DNA of 48,683 bases, taken from assembly GCA_020631035.1 (NCBI GenBank), contig JAHDIA010000001.1, positions 1-48,683 on the forward strand, read 5' to 3'. This document shows, one piece after another, positions 15,241 to 24,198 of the stretch; positions within the stretch are counted from its first letter, which is position 1; the number at the start of each line of letters is the position of its first letter. The DNA is from Chitinophagales bacterium (GTDB lineage: Bacteria; Bacteroidota; Bacteroidia; Chitinophagales; UBA2359). The position numbers and the translations under genes are program-made. The notes beneath the pieces are model-generated. The model did not search any database and had not been told where the DNA came from. It saw nothing but the letters and a program-made list of their open reading frames with translations.

Positions 15241-15651
15241 ATAGAATAGAATCCCATCCCGCCATCGACAACAAATTGAAACAAAAACAAATATAAATAC
15301 GTACCATACAACGGAACAACGTTAAGAAAGGATTTTTGCAGTTTACATTGATATTTGAGCCGTTCACGAATATAAATTTCAATAACATTGAATATAATCT
15401 ATATTTGTCTCGGCTTGCATAACTAACATCCTTTGTTAGAATGTATAACTATATCCAAGCAAGATCACCACCCGATTTACCGCCGATAAAATTACCTTTT
15501 TCTTCCCAGTATATTCCTATGCACCCTGCTGAAGAAAAAGGCAGGAGTATTGTGATGTCTAGGTGCTGCTAGATTGCAAGCCCAAAGCAGCCCAAGCAAA
15601 ACAAACTCCTGCTAATTCTTATTATCCTCAAAACCTACAAAACAAACAATT

Positions 15652-15930
15652 ATGAGTATCAACAACGGTGAACTCTCTGCCCAAGAGGAGCGAGTCATCC
15701 TCCTAATGAGGCAGACAAAGCTCAATCCCGAACCCTTATTTGAAATGTACGATTTGGCATGTTGCCCATCCATACTTTTCCAAAAAATGGCTTTCTGGAT
15801 GTGCTACAATTATGCTATATTATTGGAAATCAATAAGGAATTAACAGACGAAAATCAGTCTGTTGACCTTAATGATGTATGGCTTCTTCATCAGCTTGGA
15901 GAGAAGCTTGAAAAATTCAAAATTGATTAG
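15652..15930 (+). CDS. hypothetical protein
   Basis: 92-aa ATG ORF convergent with the integrase gene. Confidence 0.45.
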   Translation: MSINNGELSAQEERVILLMRQTKLNPEPLFEMYDLACCPSILFQKMAFWMCYNYAILLEINKELTDENQSVDLNDVWLLHQLGEKLEKFKID

Positions 15931-15984
15931 ATTATTCTAATATACGTAATTTTTGCAGGATGGTATACATCCGTCCTGCAAAAG

Positions 15985-17223
15985 TTATGCATCAATATCA
16001 TCAATCGCCCTACTTATATCCTTTCCTTCAAGACCAATATATCTGTAAGTTGACTTCTCATCACTCTTGCCTAGCAGGTACATCACCTGAAGAATTGATC
16101 CTGTTTTGTCATACACCAATCTCCCATATGTCCTGCGAAAAGTGTGAGCTGTACACCTCTCCCATTTCTTGAATTTGTCAGTATACAATGTCGCTCCACT
16201 CATCCAGTTTTTTTCCATATCCTTGTCAATTCCAGCTTTCTTGCAAAGGTTCTTGCTTAACCTGTTGAACACCTGCCCTACTGGAACACTATATCCAGTG
16301 CCTTCAAAATCCCTTATCAAATCAACTGCCCTTTGACTCACTGGAAGCCACTCGTATGTTTTCTTTTTGGGAATGTAGATTTGGTGCCAAAACTTCCCAT
16401 TATTTCGCTTTTCGATTCCACCTGAATTGTAAGCCTCAAGGTCGCTATACCTAAGACCAGTTAGGCATAGAAATCGAATCAACATTTTGATGTAATTTTC
16501 AGAGTCAGTTTGAGGATTGTATTTTTTGATTAGATTTATTTCCTCTTGTCTTAGAAAGACAACTGGCGGCTCAATGATTTGAAGATTCAATTTGTATTTG
16601 AATTCATCTTTTCTGTATCCTTGGTCAATTGTCCAATTAAGAAAAGTCTTGAGGTCTTTGAAAATCCTTGTTTGAATTGTGGAATTATTCAATTTTTGTT
16701 GGAAGCAGTGCTTGAGTAATTCATTGCAATACTTACTTCCAAGGTTTTGTATTTTTGGATTAAGTCCAAGCTCCCTAATGTGACCCAAGGTTGTCTTGTA
16801 TCCCTTGACGGTCCTTGAGTCTTTGACCCGATGCCCGCCTTCATGACTCTCTGCAAGGAACTCCTCAAAGCAGCTTATGAGCTTGATGCTATTTTTGATA
16901 TGCCTTGACTTTTGCTCATCATTGAGGCTTGAAATCTCGTACAAGTATTTGATGTTTTCGCCCGACAAATCTCCATTGTGCTGTCTTACCATAATGATTA
17001 TTTTTTCAATGTCTGCTTTGATTTTTTTGATCAAGTCATTGTACTCTTTCGACTTCCTATACTTGGGAGAGACCAATTGTTTTGCAGATGAGAAAAACCT
17101 CGCTGGCACCTTCAGTCCAGTTGAGAATTTTGTTGTCTTGCCATTATGATTGTAGTTGATGTAGATCGTACAACCATCTTTGGTCTTTCTTTTCTCGTAT
17201 ATACGAGCTTTGAGCGTTGCCAT
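15985..17223 (-). CDS. int: tyrosine recombinase / phage integrase
   Basis: Bacteroidota-type N-terminus (ATLKARIYEKRKTKDG...YINYNHNGK). Catalytic-region motifs LTGLRYSDL, HTFRRTYG and ...KSTYRYI. Confidence 0.9.
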   Translation of the reverse strand: MATLKARIYEKRKTKDGCTIYINYNHNGKTTKFSTGLKVPARFFSSAKQLVSPKYRKSKEYNDLIKKIKADIEKIIIMVRQHNGDLSGENIKYLYEISSLNDEQKSRHIKNSIKLISCFEEFLAESHEGGHRVKDSRTVKGYKTTLGHIRELGLNPKIQNLGSKYCNELLKHCFQQKLNNSTIQTRIFKDLKTFLNWTIDQGYRKDEFKYKLNLQIIEPPVVFLRQEEINLIKKYNPQTDSENYIKMLIRFLCLTGLRYSDLEAYNSGGIEKRNNGKFWHQIYIPKKKTYEWLPVSQRAVDLIRDFEGTGYSVPVGQVFNRLSKNLCKKAGIDKDMEKNWMSGATLYTDKFKKWERCTAHTFRRTYGRLVYDKTGSILQVMYLLGKSDEKSTYRYIGLEGKDISRAIDDIDA

Positions 17224-17254
17224 GTTACACAGGTTTTAGCCCTATAAATATTAG

Positions 17255-17275
17255 AAGGGCAATTCATAGGGCAAT
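17255..17275 (+). repeat. 21-bp direct repeat copy 1 (candidate integrase arm-type site)
   Basis: aaGGGCAATtcataGGGCAAT, identical to 17463-17483. Confidence 0.7.
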
Positions 17276-17462
17276 CAAATAAGCACTAATTAGGTTCGAT
17301 TAGGAGAAGGGATACCTATATACCTACGCAAATATAGCAATTTGGTGTCATTAGGGTATGATTACGACAAAAAAGGGGTAGTCCCTCCAGGGATACAAGA
17401 AGGTGTCAAAACACCAAAACAAATAATTGAAAATCAATAAATTAAGACGAGAAAGAAACACA

Positions 17463-17483
17463 AAGGGCAATTCATAGGGCAAT
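17463..17483 (+). repeat. 21-bp direct repeat copy 2 (candidate integrase arm-type site)
   Basis: Identical to 17255-17275, 208 bp away, in the non-coding region next to int. Confidence 0.7.
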
Positions 17484-17498
17484 TAAAACACAAAAATT

Positions 17499-17529
17499 TT
17501 GTTTTTTCAGATGTGTTAGAATAGATTTG
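17499..17529 (+). promoter_or_regulatory. Bacteroidota-type promoter for the tail operon
   Basis: TTG 17499-17501, N20, TAgaTTTG 17522-17529. The ATG at 17537 implies a very short leader. Confidence 0.55.
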
Positions 17530-17536
17530 CATCTAT

Positions 17537-18187
17537 ATGAAAAGCCTAACCCCTACCACCAAAACAGTCATCTACAAATCTCCGCAGGGCAATCGGGAGA
17601 TTCATCTCAATCTAATATACGTAGATAAATTTGGAAATGATTACTGGAGCTTTGAAAAATTAGAGGACATTCCAGCAAGGAGAATGGTCGAAGCATCCAA
17701 AGCCGAACGTCATTTTGATTTCAACCTCACACGCACGCAGTTGGTGCAAATGCTTAATCAAATCATATCATCAGCTGATACCAATCAAAAAAATGCAATT
17801 GCACAGGAGATTATTCAACGCACATACTTTTGCGGTGAACTTGAAACCACAATTGATATTGCCTGTTGCTATTTCCTCATTAATGATGAGTCCATTAATG
17901 AGTGGAGCTATGTGATGCAAGGCAAAAAGCGTGAGGCTTGGCTTGGAGATGGAAAGACGCATGAAGGGGACCCAGCCGCACTCGCTTTTTTTTTGGCAGG
18001 GGCACATCAATTCATCGCTCACTTGGTAGACTTAAGCAAAGACGATTTCCAGCAGTTGATGTTGGACAATATTCAGGGAAGAAAGGTGAGGATAGCGAAG
18101 AGTCAACAGCAAGAAAGCAAGAAGAAAGAAGAAGAAGAGAATTCTACTTTCAATTACGCACAAAGCTCATTACAGAAGAATTCTTGA
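17537..18187 (+). CDS. hypothetical protein upstream of the tape measure (tail assembly chaperone candidate)
   Basis: Position immediately 5' of the TMP gene. The -1 frame stays open from 17965 to the TMP start. Confidence 0.4.
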   Translation: MKSLTPTTKTVIYKSPQGNREIHLNLIYVDKFGNDYWSFEKLEDIPARRMVEASKAERHFDFNLTRTQLVQMLNQIISSADTNQKNAIAQEIIQRTYFCGELETTIDIACCYFLINDESINEWSYVMQGKKREAWLGDGKTHEGDPAALAFFLAGAHQFIAHLVDLSKDDFQQLMLDNIQGRKVRIAKSQQQESKKKEEEENSTFNYAQSSLQKNS

Positions 18188-18350
18188 GGAAATGTTATTT
18201 GTATGCTGGCGAAAATCCACTAATCGCTGAGGAATTGATGGAAGGAACAGTAGTGAGATTTTGGCAAGCTGAGTGGTGCTTCCTCGATCATCTCAAAACC
18301 AAAATTCAAGCAAGAGAAAAAGCAAAACCCAAAACCCAAAACCCAAACCA

Positions 18351-21300
18351 ATGGCGGTAATTCTGGAGGACATATACAGGCTGGACGTAGAGGTCGGAAG
18401 CGATGAGGAGATTATCAAGCTCATCGGTGATGTCGAGCGTCTGAAAAAAGAGCTCGATGGACTTGGTAAGTTCAAAGGCCCAAACTCTGACAAGGTTAGC
18501 CAGCTTGCAAGGGAAGAGAAGAAGCTCGAAGCTGCCCTTTCCCAGCAAGTCAAGACAATGGATGGTCTTGCCAGAAAAGAAAAAGTTCTCGAAGCCAATA
18601 GGGGGAGGCTTGCCAAAGGGACTGCTATCTACGAAAAAAATGAGAGTCGCCTCAGAGTAGTTCAGGCTCAAAGGAAGCGGACGGTTGATGCTCTTGGGAA
18701 ATCTGAGAAGCGACTTGGCGAACAAGCAAAAAAAACAGGAGATGCCTTGAAAAAGCAAGGCACTCAGCTCACTTCATTTCAAAAAACCTTGTCGAGCGGA
18801 ATCAAGGCTCTTCAAGGTTATTTTGCTGTTTCAATAATCACTGACTGGGGTAAGGAGTTTTTTGATACTGCGCAGCAAATACAAGGCACGCTTGGGAAAA
18901 CCGAGCGTGTCTTTGGTGAGTTCACAGGCAAGGTTCAGGACTATGCCAAGCAAAACGCCAATGACATCGGACTCACCGCATTGGAGTTTGAGGCACTCGC
19001 CGCTCAAACCCAAGACTTACTTGTTCCAATTGGCTTTGACAGGGGAGATGCTACTGACATCACACTTCAGCTTCAAGGCTTGTCGGGCGCACTGGCTGAA
19101 TGGTCCAATGGGCAGGTTGATGCATCACAGACCTCCGAAATTCTCACCAAGGCATTGCTTGGAGAGCGTGAGCAGCTCAAAACACTCGGCATCGCCATCA
19201 ATGAGGCAGATGTCAAGCAGCGTCTATTGGACAAGGGGCAATCAAAGCTGACAGGCAATGCTGAGAAGCAGGCACGGGCAATTGCTACCCTTGAATTGAT
19301 TTATGAAAAGTCAACTGATGCACAGGAGGCATTCAGAACGGGAGGGGAGAGCCTGGAGAGACAGAGTGCAAGGAATGCGGCACGTATGCGTGAACTCGGG
19401 GAAAGCATATCAAAACTTCTTACTCCTGCTTTTGCAGCAGCTTTAGGGCTTGCAGACTCTCTACTTACCCGCCTGAAAGGATTTGAAGGCTTGACAATTG
19501 ACGATAATAACAGTGCCTTGAAGCAAGCTGAAAACCTCAAAAAAATACGGGAGCAATTGCCCGACCTTATCGCCCAATATGAAACACTTTCACAGAAGAC
19601 CACCAAAACCACAGAGGAACAAAAACAGCTTGATAAAGTAATAGGGCAAATTTCGCAACGTGTCCCAACGGTAGAAATTACCCAAAGGGGCGATCTTGGG
19701 AATTTAGCCATTGATATTGCCAGTGTAAATACTGAACTCGAAAAACTGGAGCGGGCAAATTTGGACAACCTCAATTCAAGCGTCAATGATCTACAAATTG
19801 CCTTTTCTGAGTCACTGAATAAATTAAAGGAGAACGAAGCACAGTTTCAAGAAATCGAAAAGCGGGCAAATAGAACGACCTTTCAAAAGATTTTTTCTTT
19901 TGACTTTGACGAAATCCCAGACTCATTTCTTGACGATTATTTTGGTGCATTTTCGGGGGGCGATGGTGTCTCCATTAGTGAACTTTTTGAAGCTCCAGAC
20001 TTTGAAACATATGCGAAATCTGTTGGTAAAATTCGGGGCGAAATTTCAAACACTTCAAACCAAATTAAGGATGAGTTGTCAGAGATCGTTGCTCAACTTC
20101 TTAAGAGTGGTGTGGAGCTGACAGAAGACCAAAAAAGATTTATTCGTGTTATTGCAACTGATGCAGAAAATGGAAAAGGCAAGAATGCTTTTGACTTATT
20201 GGGTAGTAGCGCAAGTGATTCACAAGACTTTGTCGAAGGCTCCCTTCGCTTCTTCAGAAACGAAGTCTCTAAACTTGAGCAGCAGCTGCAAAACACCAAT
20301 CTGGAAGAAGAAAAGGCAATCAATATCGCAAAAAATCTCGAAATTGCAACAAAGCAGCTCACTGAAGCAGAGGAGAAATACCGCAAACTCAAAGGAGAGA
20401 CCAAAATTCAGACGCTAGACCTAAGAATTGAAAAAACCAAGCAGGAGCGTGAGGAGCTTGTCAGACTACTCGGCACCGCAGAGGGACTTGAGGAGATTAG
20501 CAAGAAGTACGAGGTCGAAATTGACATAGCACAGGAAACCGCTCTTGAAAAAATCACTGAGTTTGACGCTCAAATCAGTGAACTTGAAAACAAAAAAATA
20601 GAGGTCGAACTCTCCATTCTTCAGCAAGGAGAGCTCAATCTTGAAACGCTGCCAAGGATAATTGAAATCCAGACAGAAAAGCTCAAAGACCTTACTCTTA
20701 CAGAAGAGCAAAGAGGGGCAATTACCAACCAACTAAGCGCATACCAAAGAGAGCTGAACCGTCAGCAGCAGGAGTACAACGAGCAGCTTGAAAGAACGAA
20801 AATCCTTTCATCTGATATTGAAAAACTGCAAGGGAGGCAGGTCACTGGGACCTTCTCCCTTATCAGTGAGGATGGCTTCACAAAATCCGATGTTGACAAT
20901 GCAATCGCATCAATTGAAAATCAAATTAAGGAAATCCGCTTCACAGGCGATGCCTCCCTTGACGTTGAAGCAAGATTGAAAAAAGAGCAATTTGAAAAAG
21001 AGGTGGAAAACCTCAAACAGTTAGCACAGCGTGTTTTTGGAGAGGTTGAAATTCCAATTAAGCCATCAATTGATTATGAAGGAATCGAACCTCTCAACTC
21101 CAAGACGGGAGCCGCAGGCATTCAAAAATTCTTTCAAGACATTGTCGACTCTGAACTTTTTGAGATAGTTGAGCAAATTGATGATGTTGCTCGCTCTATC
21201 AAAAATGTGTACGCCACTCTTGAGGAAGGTCAAAAAGAAAGAATAGCAGCACAAGAGCGAACTGTTGACAAGATTACCCAAATTGCTGATGAGGGCAATG

Positions 21301-22427
21301 CCGAGCTTCTTGAGTCTGAGCAGGACAAACTACTCAAGCTTGAAGAGGAGAGAAGAAAGTCCGTTCAGAGGCAAAGAGCACTTGACTTGATTGCAGCGGC
21401 ATCAAATATTGTTGTTGCAGTAAGCAAGACAGCAGCGGAGTCGGGCGTTTTGTCTCCAGCTTTCATTGCAACAACCCTTGCAGCAATTGGAGCGGGCATA
21501 AGTGCGGGACTCTCAATTACTTCTAGCATACCTGGAGCAGCAGTTGGAGAAGAAAATATTAATGCTCCAGGAACAGAGACAAGCGACAGCGCACTTAGAA
21601 GAGTCTCAAAGGGAGAGCGCATTGTCACTGCAAAAGCAAATCGGGAGTATTGGGACACGCTTCACGCCATCCATACTGGCAAGGTGCCAGCAGACATCAT
21701 CAACGATTTTGTCAAACTTGGAAGTTGGAAACAAAAGCCTGCAAAAGAGGCTGTTCCTGCTCAAGCATCCAATCAAAGTTTTGTTGAGAAAATACTGGAA
21801 AGAGTTGTCTCTCGTGAGGTACTTGAACAAAAGGAAGTTAAGCAATTACTTAACTCTGAATCAGTCAAAAACACACTGCTTTCATCTCTGTATGATAGAA
21901 GCCTTAGAGAGGAAAAGTCTGATGTTTCAAGTATTTCTCAAGTTGTCAACTACAAAGACATCAAAGAGAAAATAGAATCTCACGTTCAGAGCCTACTCAG
22001 GGATAGGGTTTCAAAAGAGGTACAAACAAGCAGAGGTCAAATATCCAATAATTATTTCTATGATGGTTCACCAGTAGTCAGTCCTGCTCCAGCAGTCCAA
22101 AGCGCAGCAAAAAGTGCAACTGAGGCATTTGCCCAGTATTGGTCGCAAAATGTCCAAGGGATTGGACAGCAGCAATTACAGACAAATCAATTCATTTCCA
22201 TTGCTGCTCCTGCTGCTATGAATCCTCCTTCTATTGATACATCAAAACTTGAAAAAAAGTTTGATAGGCTGGCAAATGAGATGCAGCGGATGCGAAGTGA
22301 AATGTCCAATCTTCATCAGCAGATTCCAAAAACGAATGTACGAGTCAATATGGACAAAAAAGGAGTAGCGGCTATGGTTCAGCAGGAGGTTCAAAAGCAA
22401 ATCAACATCGAAAGGAGGGCAAAGTAA
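18351..22427 (+). CDS. tail tape measure protein
   Basis: 1358 aa, long coiled-coil. N-terminal TMP-core-like ...DYAKQNANDIGLTALEFEALAAQTQDLLVPIGF...LTKALLGEREQLKTLGIAI. Hydrophobic segment AAIGAGISAGLSITSS. The track start at 18273 is GTG, so the ATG at 18351 (MAVILEDIY) was chosen. Confidence 0.85.
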   Translation: MAVILEDIYRLDVEVGSDEEIIKLIGDVERLKKELDGLGKFKGPNSDKVSQLAREEKKLEAALSQQVKTMDGLARKEKVLEANRGRLAKGTAIYEKNESRLRVVQAQRKRTVDALGKSEKRLGEQAKKTGDALKKQGTQLTSFQKTLSSGIKALQGYFAVSIITDWGKEFFDTAQQIQGTLGKTERVFGEFTGKVQDYAKQNANDIGLTALEFEALAAQTQDLLVPIGFDRGDATDITLQLQGLSGALAEWSNGQVDASQTSEILTKALLGEREQLKTLGIAINEADVKQRLLDKGQSKLTGNAEKQARAIATLELIYEKSTDAQEAFRTGGESLERQSARNAARMRELGESISKLLTPAFAAALGLADSLLTRLKGFEGLTIDDNNSALKQAENLKKIREQLPDLIAQYETLSQKTTKTTEEQKQLDKVIGQISQRVPTVEITQRGDLGNLAIDIASVNTELEKLERANLDNLNSSVNDLQIAFSESLNKLKENEAQFQEIEKRANRTTFQKIFSFDFDEIPDSFLDDYFGAFSGGDGVSISELFEAPDFETYAKSVGKIRGEISNTSNQIKDELSEIVAQLLKSGVELTEDQKRFIRVIATDAENGKGKNAFDLLGSSASDSQDFVEGSLRFFRNEVSKLEQQLQNTNLEEEKAINIAKNLEIATKQLTEAEEKYRKLKGETKIQTLDLRIEKTKQEREELVRLLGTAEGLEEISKKYEVEIDIAQETALEKITEFDAQISELENKKIEVELSILQQGELNLETLPRIIEIQTEKLKDLTLTEEQRGAITNQLSAYQRELNRQQQEYNEQLERTKILSSDIEKLQGRQVTGTFSLISEDGFTKSDVDNAIASIENQIKEIRFTGDASLDVEARLKKEQFEKEVENLKQLAQRVFGEVEIPIKPSIDYEGIEPLNSKTGAAGIQKFFQDIVDSELFEIVEQIDDVARSIKNVYATLEEGQKERIAAQERTVDKITQIADEGNAELLESEQDKLLKLEEERRKSVQRQRALDLIAAASNIVVAVSKTAAESGVLSPAFIATTLAAIGAGISAGLSITSSIPGAAVGEENINAPGTETSDSALRRVSKGERIVTAKANREYWDTLHAIHTGKVPADIINDFVKLGSWKQKPAKEAVPAQASNQSFVEKILERVVSREVLEQKEVKQLLNSESVKNTLLSSLYDRSLREEKSDVSSISQVVNYKDIKEKIESHVQSLLRDRVSKEVQTSRGQISNNYFYDGSPVVSPAPAVQSAAKSATEAFAQYWSQNVQGIGQQQLQTNQFISIAAPAAMNPPSIDTSKLEKKFDRLANEMQRMRSEMSNLHQQIPKTNVRVNMDKKGVAAMVQQEVQKQINIERRAK

Positions 22428-22428
22428 T

Positions 22429-24198
22429 ATGTGTCTAACAGTCACCATAGATGGGAAAAACCTCAAGGGGATAAGTGGTCTTGAATCCGCTCAAATAACC
22501 TTTCGAGATGTCAATTCCCAAAACAAGAGTGCGCTCTCTTTCACCTCTTCTGCTGAGTTCACAGGGGAGGCCTATAGCTATATCAAGGAAAAGCTCGTCT
22601 GCCCTGACGATGGCTATACAAAAAGCTGTGATGTTGTCATAATGGATGACTGTTGTAGTGTGAATCTACTTGAGGCGAAAGTTAGAGGCTCAGATGTAGA
22701 GTATTGTGAGAAGGGAGAAGATTGCGAGAAAATTACTTCAAATTTTGTGCAATCAGACGAAGACTCTGAAAAGCGGGCTTGCCTCGAAAGCACACTGATT
22801 TGGGATGGATTAAGCAGAAAGTACAATACAGATCCAACAGGATTTGACACAAGAACCGACCATCCAAAAGTCCCTTATTGTCTTGAAATTCGTCCGCAAT
22901 TCTTGCATGAATTAATGCTTGGACTCACCGCAATTGCGTGGGCTTCTGTTGTATTCATCTTCATCCCGCTCATTCCATTTTTGGCAATATTGAGCCTTTT
23001 GCTTTGTGGAATCATTGGTCTGTGGAATGCGCTTAACAATATAGGAATTATATCTGGATTGATTCCCGACCCACCCCAAGCAGCACAAATTTTCATTCAA
23101 GATTATTGCGATAACCCTTTTCAGGGATTGCTTGGTCTTTTCCAGCAAATACAAAACTTTCTTTTCCAAATTGGCATAGGATGCGACCGCTATCACCCAA
23201 CTCCCCTACTGAGAGAATACATTGAAAATGCGTGCGATATCTGCGGATTGGAATTCAAAAGCTCAATTTTGAATGACCCAATCTCCCAATACTACAATAC
23301 TTTGTACTTTAATGCTCCAAGCCAAAAAGGTTATAAGGGTTATGACTGCGATAAGCCACTGATAGAGGCGAACCGCCCACAATTGACAGGCACGGAACTT
23401 TTGGACAAAATAAAAGAAGTTCATAATGCAGAGTGGAAGGTCAAAGATGGATGCCTAATATATGAGCGAAAAGATATTATAGACACTTGGGGAGATGTGA
23501 TTTTTGATGCAATTAGGAATCAAAAGGACGTGGTTAGCCTTTGTTTTTCTGCAATTGACGCTCCTTGTGCATTGGGGGATTTCAAATACAGTCAAGAGGG
23601 TGTTGACTGGCTAGGGGATGAAGCACTCGAATTATACAATGATGTGGTTGAGTGGAATCCCAATGGCGCAAATGAAAATTTGAAAGGAAAATGTGAGACC
23701 ACTGTGCAATTCGGAGCGGCACGTTTTCGGGGGGACGGCATTGACCGTGACGTTTTGGACAGTGGCTTTTGGAATCTTCCAATCTTTCCATTTGCACAAA
23801 ATCTACAGCAGTTCGAAGAGGTTCTAGTAATGAACAATGGGACCGCTCAACTCCCGAAATTGCTTCTATGGGATGGAGTCGATCCTTGTTTCGCTCGAGT
23901 GGTTCGTAGGCCATCCATCTACAATCCTGGACTAGATTTCAACTATCCATATTGGTTTGACCAGCCTTATCCAGAAGACGAACTCTATGAAAACTTCCAC
24001 TACATCGACAGACCAGATGGGGAGGTTAAGAGACGACCTTACACTTTGACGGTTAAGGCAAATTGCGAGCTTCTTGCTAGGCTGGACCCGTGCGGCACGG
24101 TGAATCTACCCTACTGCGGAGTATCAAGAGAGGGAAGTATTGATTCTATTAATTACTCCTGCAAAAACAAAACAATCACTTTCATTGGGAAAATATGA
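22429..24198 (+). CDS. tail protein (distal-tail-position) with internal hydrophobic segment
   Basis: Starts 2 nt after the TMP stop. 589 aa, Cys-rich, with a stretch of about 45 aa predicted to be membrane-like (LGLTAIAWASVVFIFIPLIPFLAILSLLLCGIIGLW). Confidence 0.5.
   Translation: MCLTVTIDGKNLKGISGLESAQITFRDVNSQNKSALSFTSSAEFTGEAYSYIKEKLVCPDDGYTKSCDVVIMDDCCSVNLLEAKVRGSDVEYCEKGEDCEKITSNFVQSDEDSEKRACLESTLIWDGLSRKYNTDPTGFDTRTDHPKVPYCLEIRPQFLHELMLGLTAIAWASVVFIFIPLIPFLAILSLLLCGIIGLWNALNNIGIISGLIPDPPQAAQIFIQDYCDNPFQGLLGLFQQIQNFLFQIGIGCDRYHPTPLLREYIENACDICGLEFKSSILNDPISQYYNTLYFNAPSQKGYKGYDCDKPLIEANRPQLTGTELLDKIKEVHNAEWKVKDGCLIYERKDIIDTWGDVIFDAIRNQKDVVSLCFSAIDAPCALGDFKYSQEGVDWLGDEALELYNDVVEWNPNGANENLKGKCETTVQFGAARFRGDGIDRDVLDSGFWNLPIFPFAQNLQQFEEVLVMNNGTAQLPKLLLWDGVDPCFARVVRRPSIYNPGLDFNYPYWFDQPYPEDELYENFHYIDRPDGEVKRRPYTLTVKANCELLARLDPCGTVNLPYCGVSREGSIDSINYSCKNKTITFIGKI

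Noticed and set aside
17295-17312. ggttcgatt, a possible tRNA T-loop fragment that might mark an attP core derived from a tRNA 3' end.
   Set aside because: The flanking bases do not form a T stem (no GG...CC pairing) or an acceptor strand, so the match is too short to be meaningful.
18324-18349. (AAAACCC)x3 heptamer tandem repeat just upstream of the TMP ATG, telomere-like in appearance.
   Set aside because: There are only three and a half copies. It lies inside the open -1 frame discussed in the findings (read as KPKTQNPN) and has no partner repeat at any genome end. It is most simply a low-complexity coding or leader tract, though it could contribute to slippage.
18293-21975. Several long alternative-frame or antisense ORFs inside the tape measure gene (for example 18306..18758 -, 19301..19786 -, 21502..21975 +).
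   Set aside because: They lie wholly within a strongly supported 1358-aa coiled-coil gene whose Glu/Lys/Ala/Leu-rich composition suppresses stops in other frames. Their translations are low-complexity and they lack their own promoter or start context.
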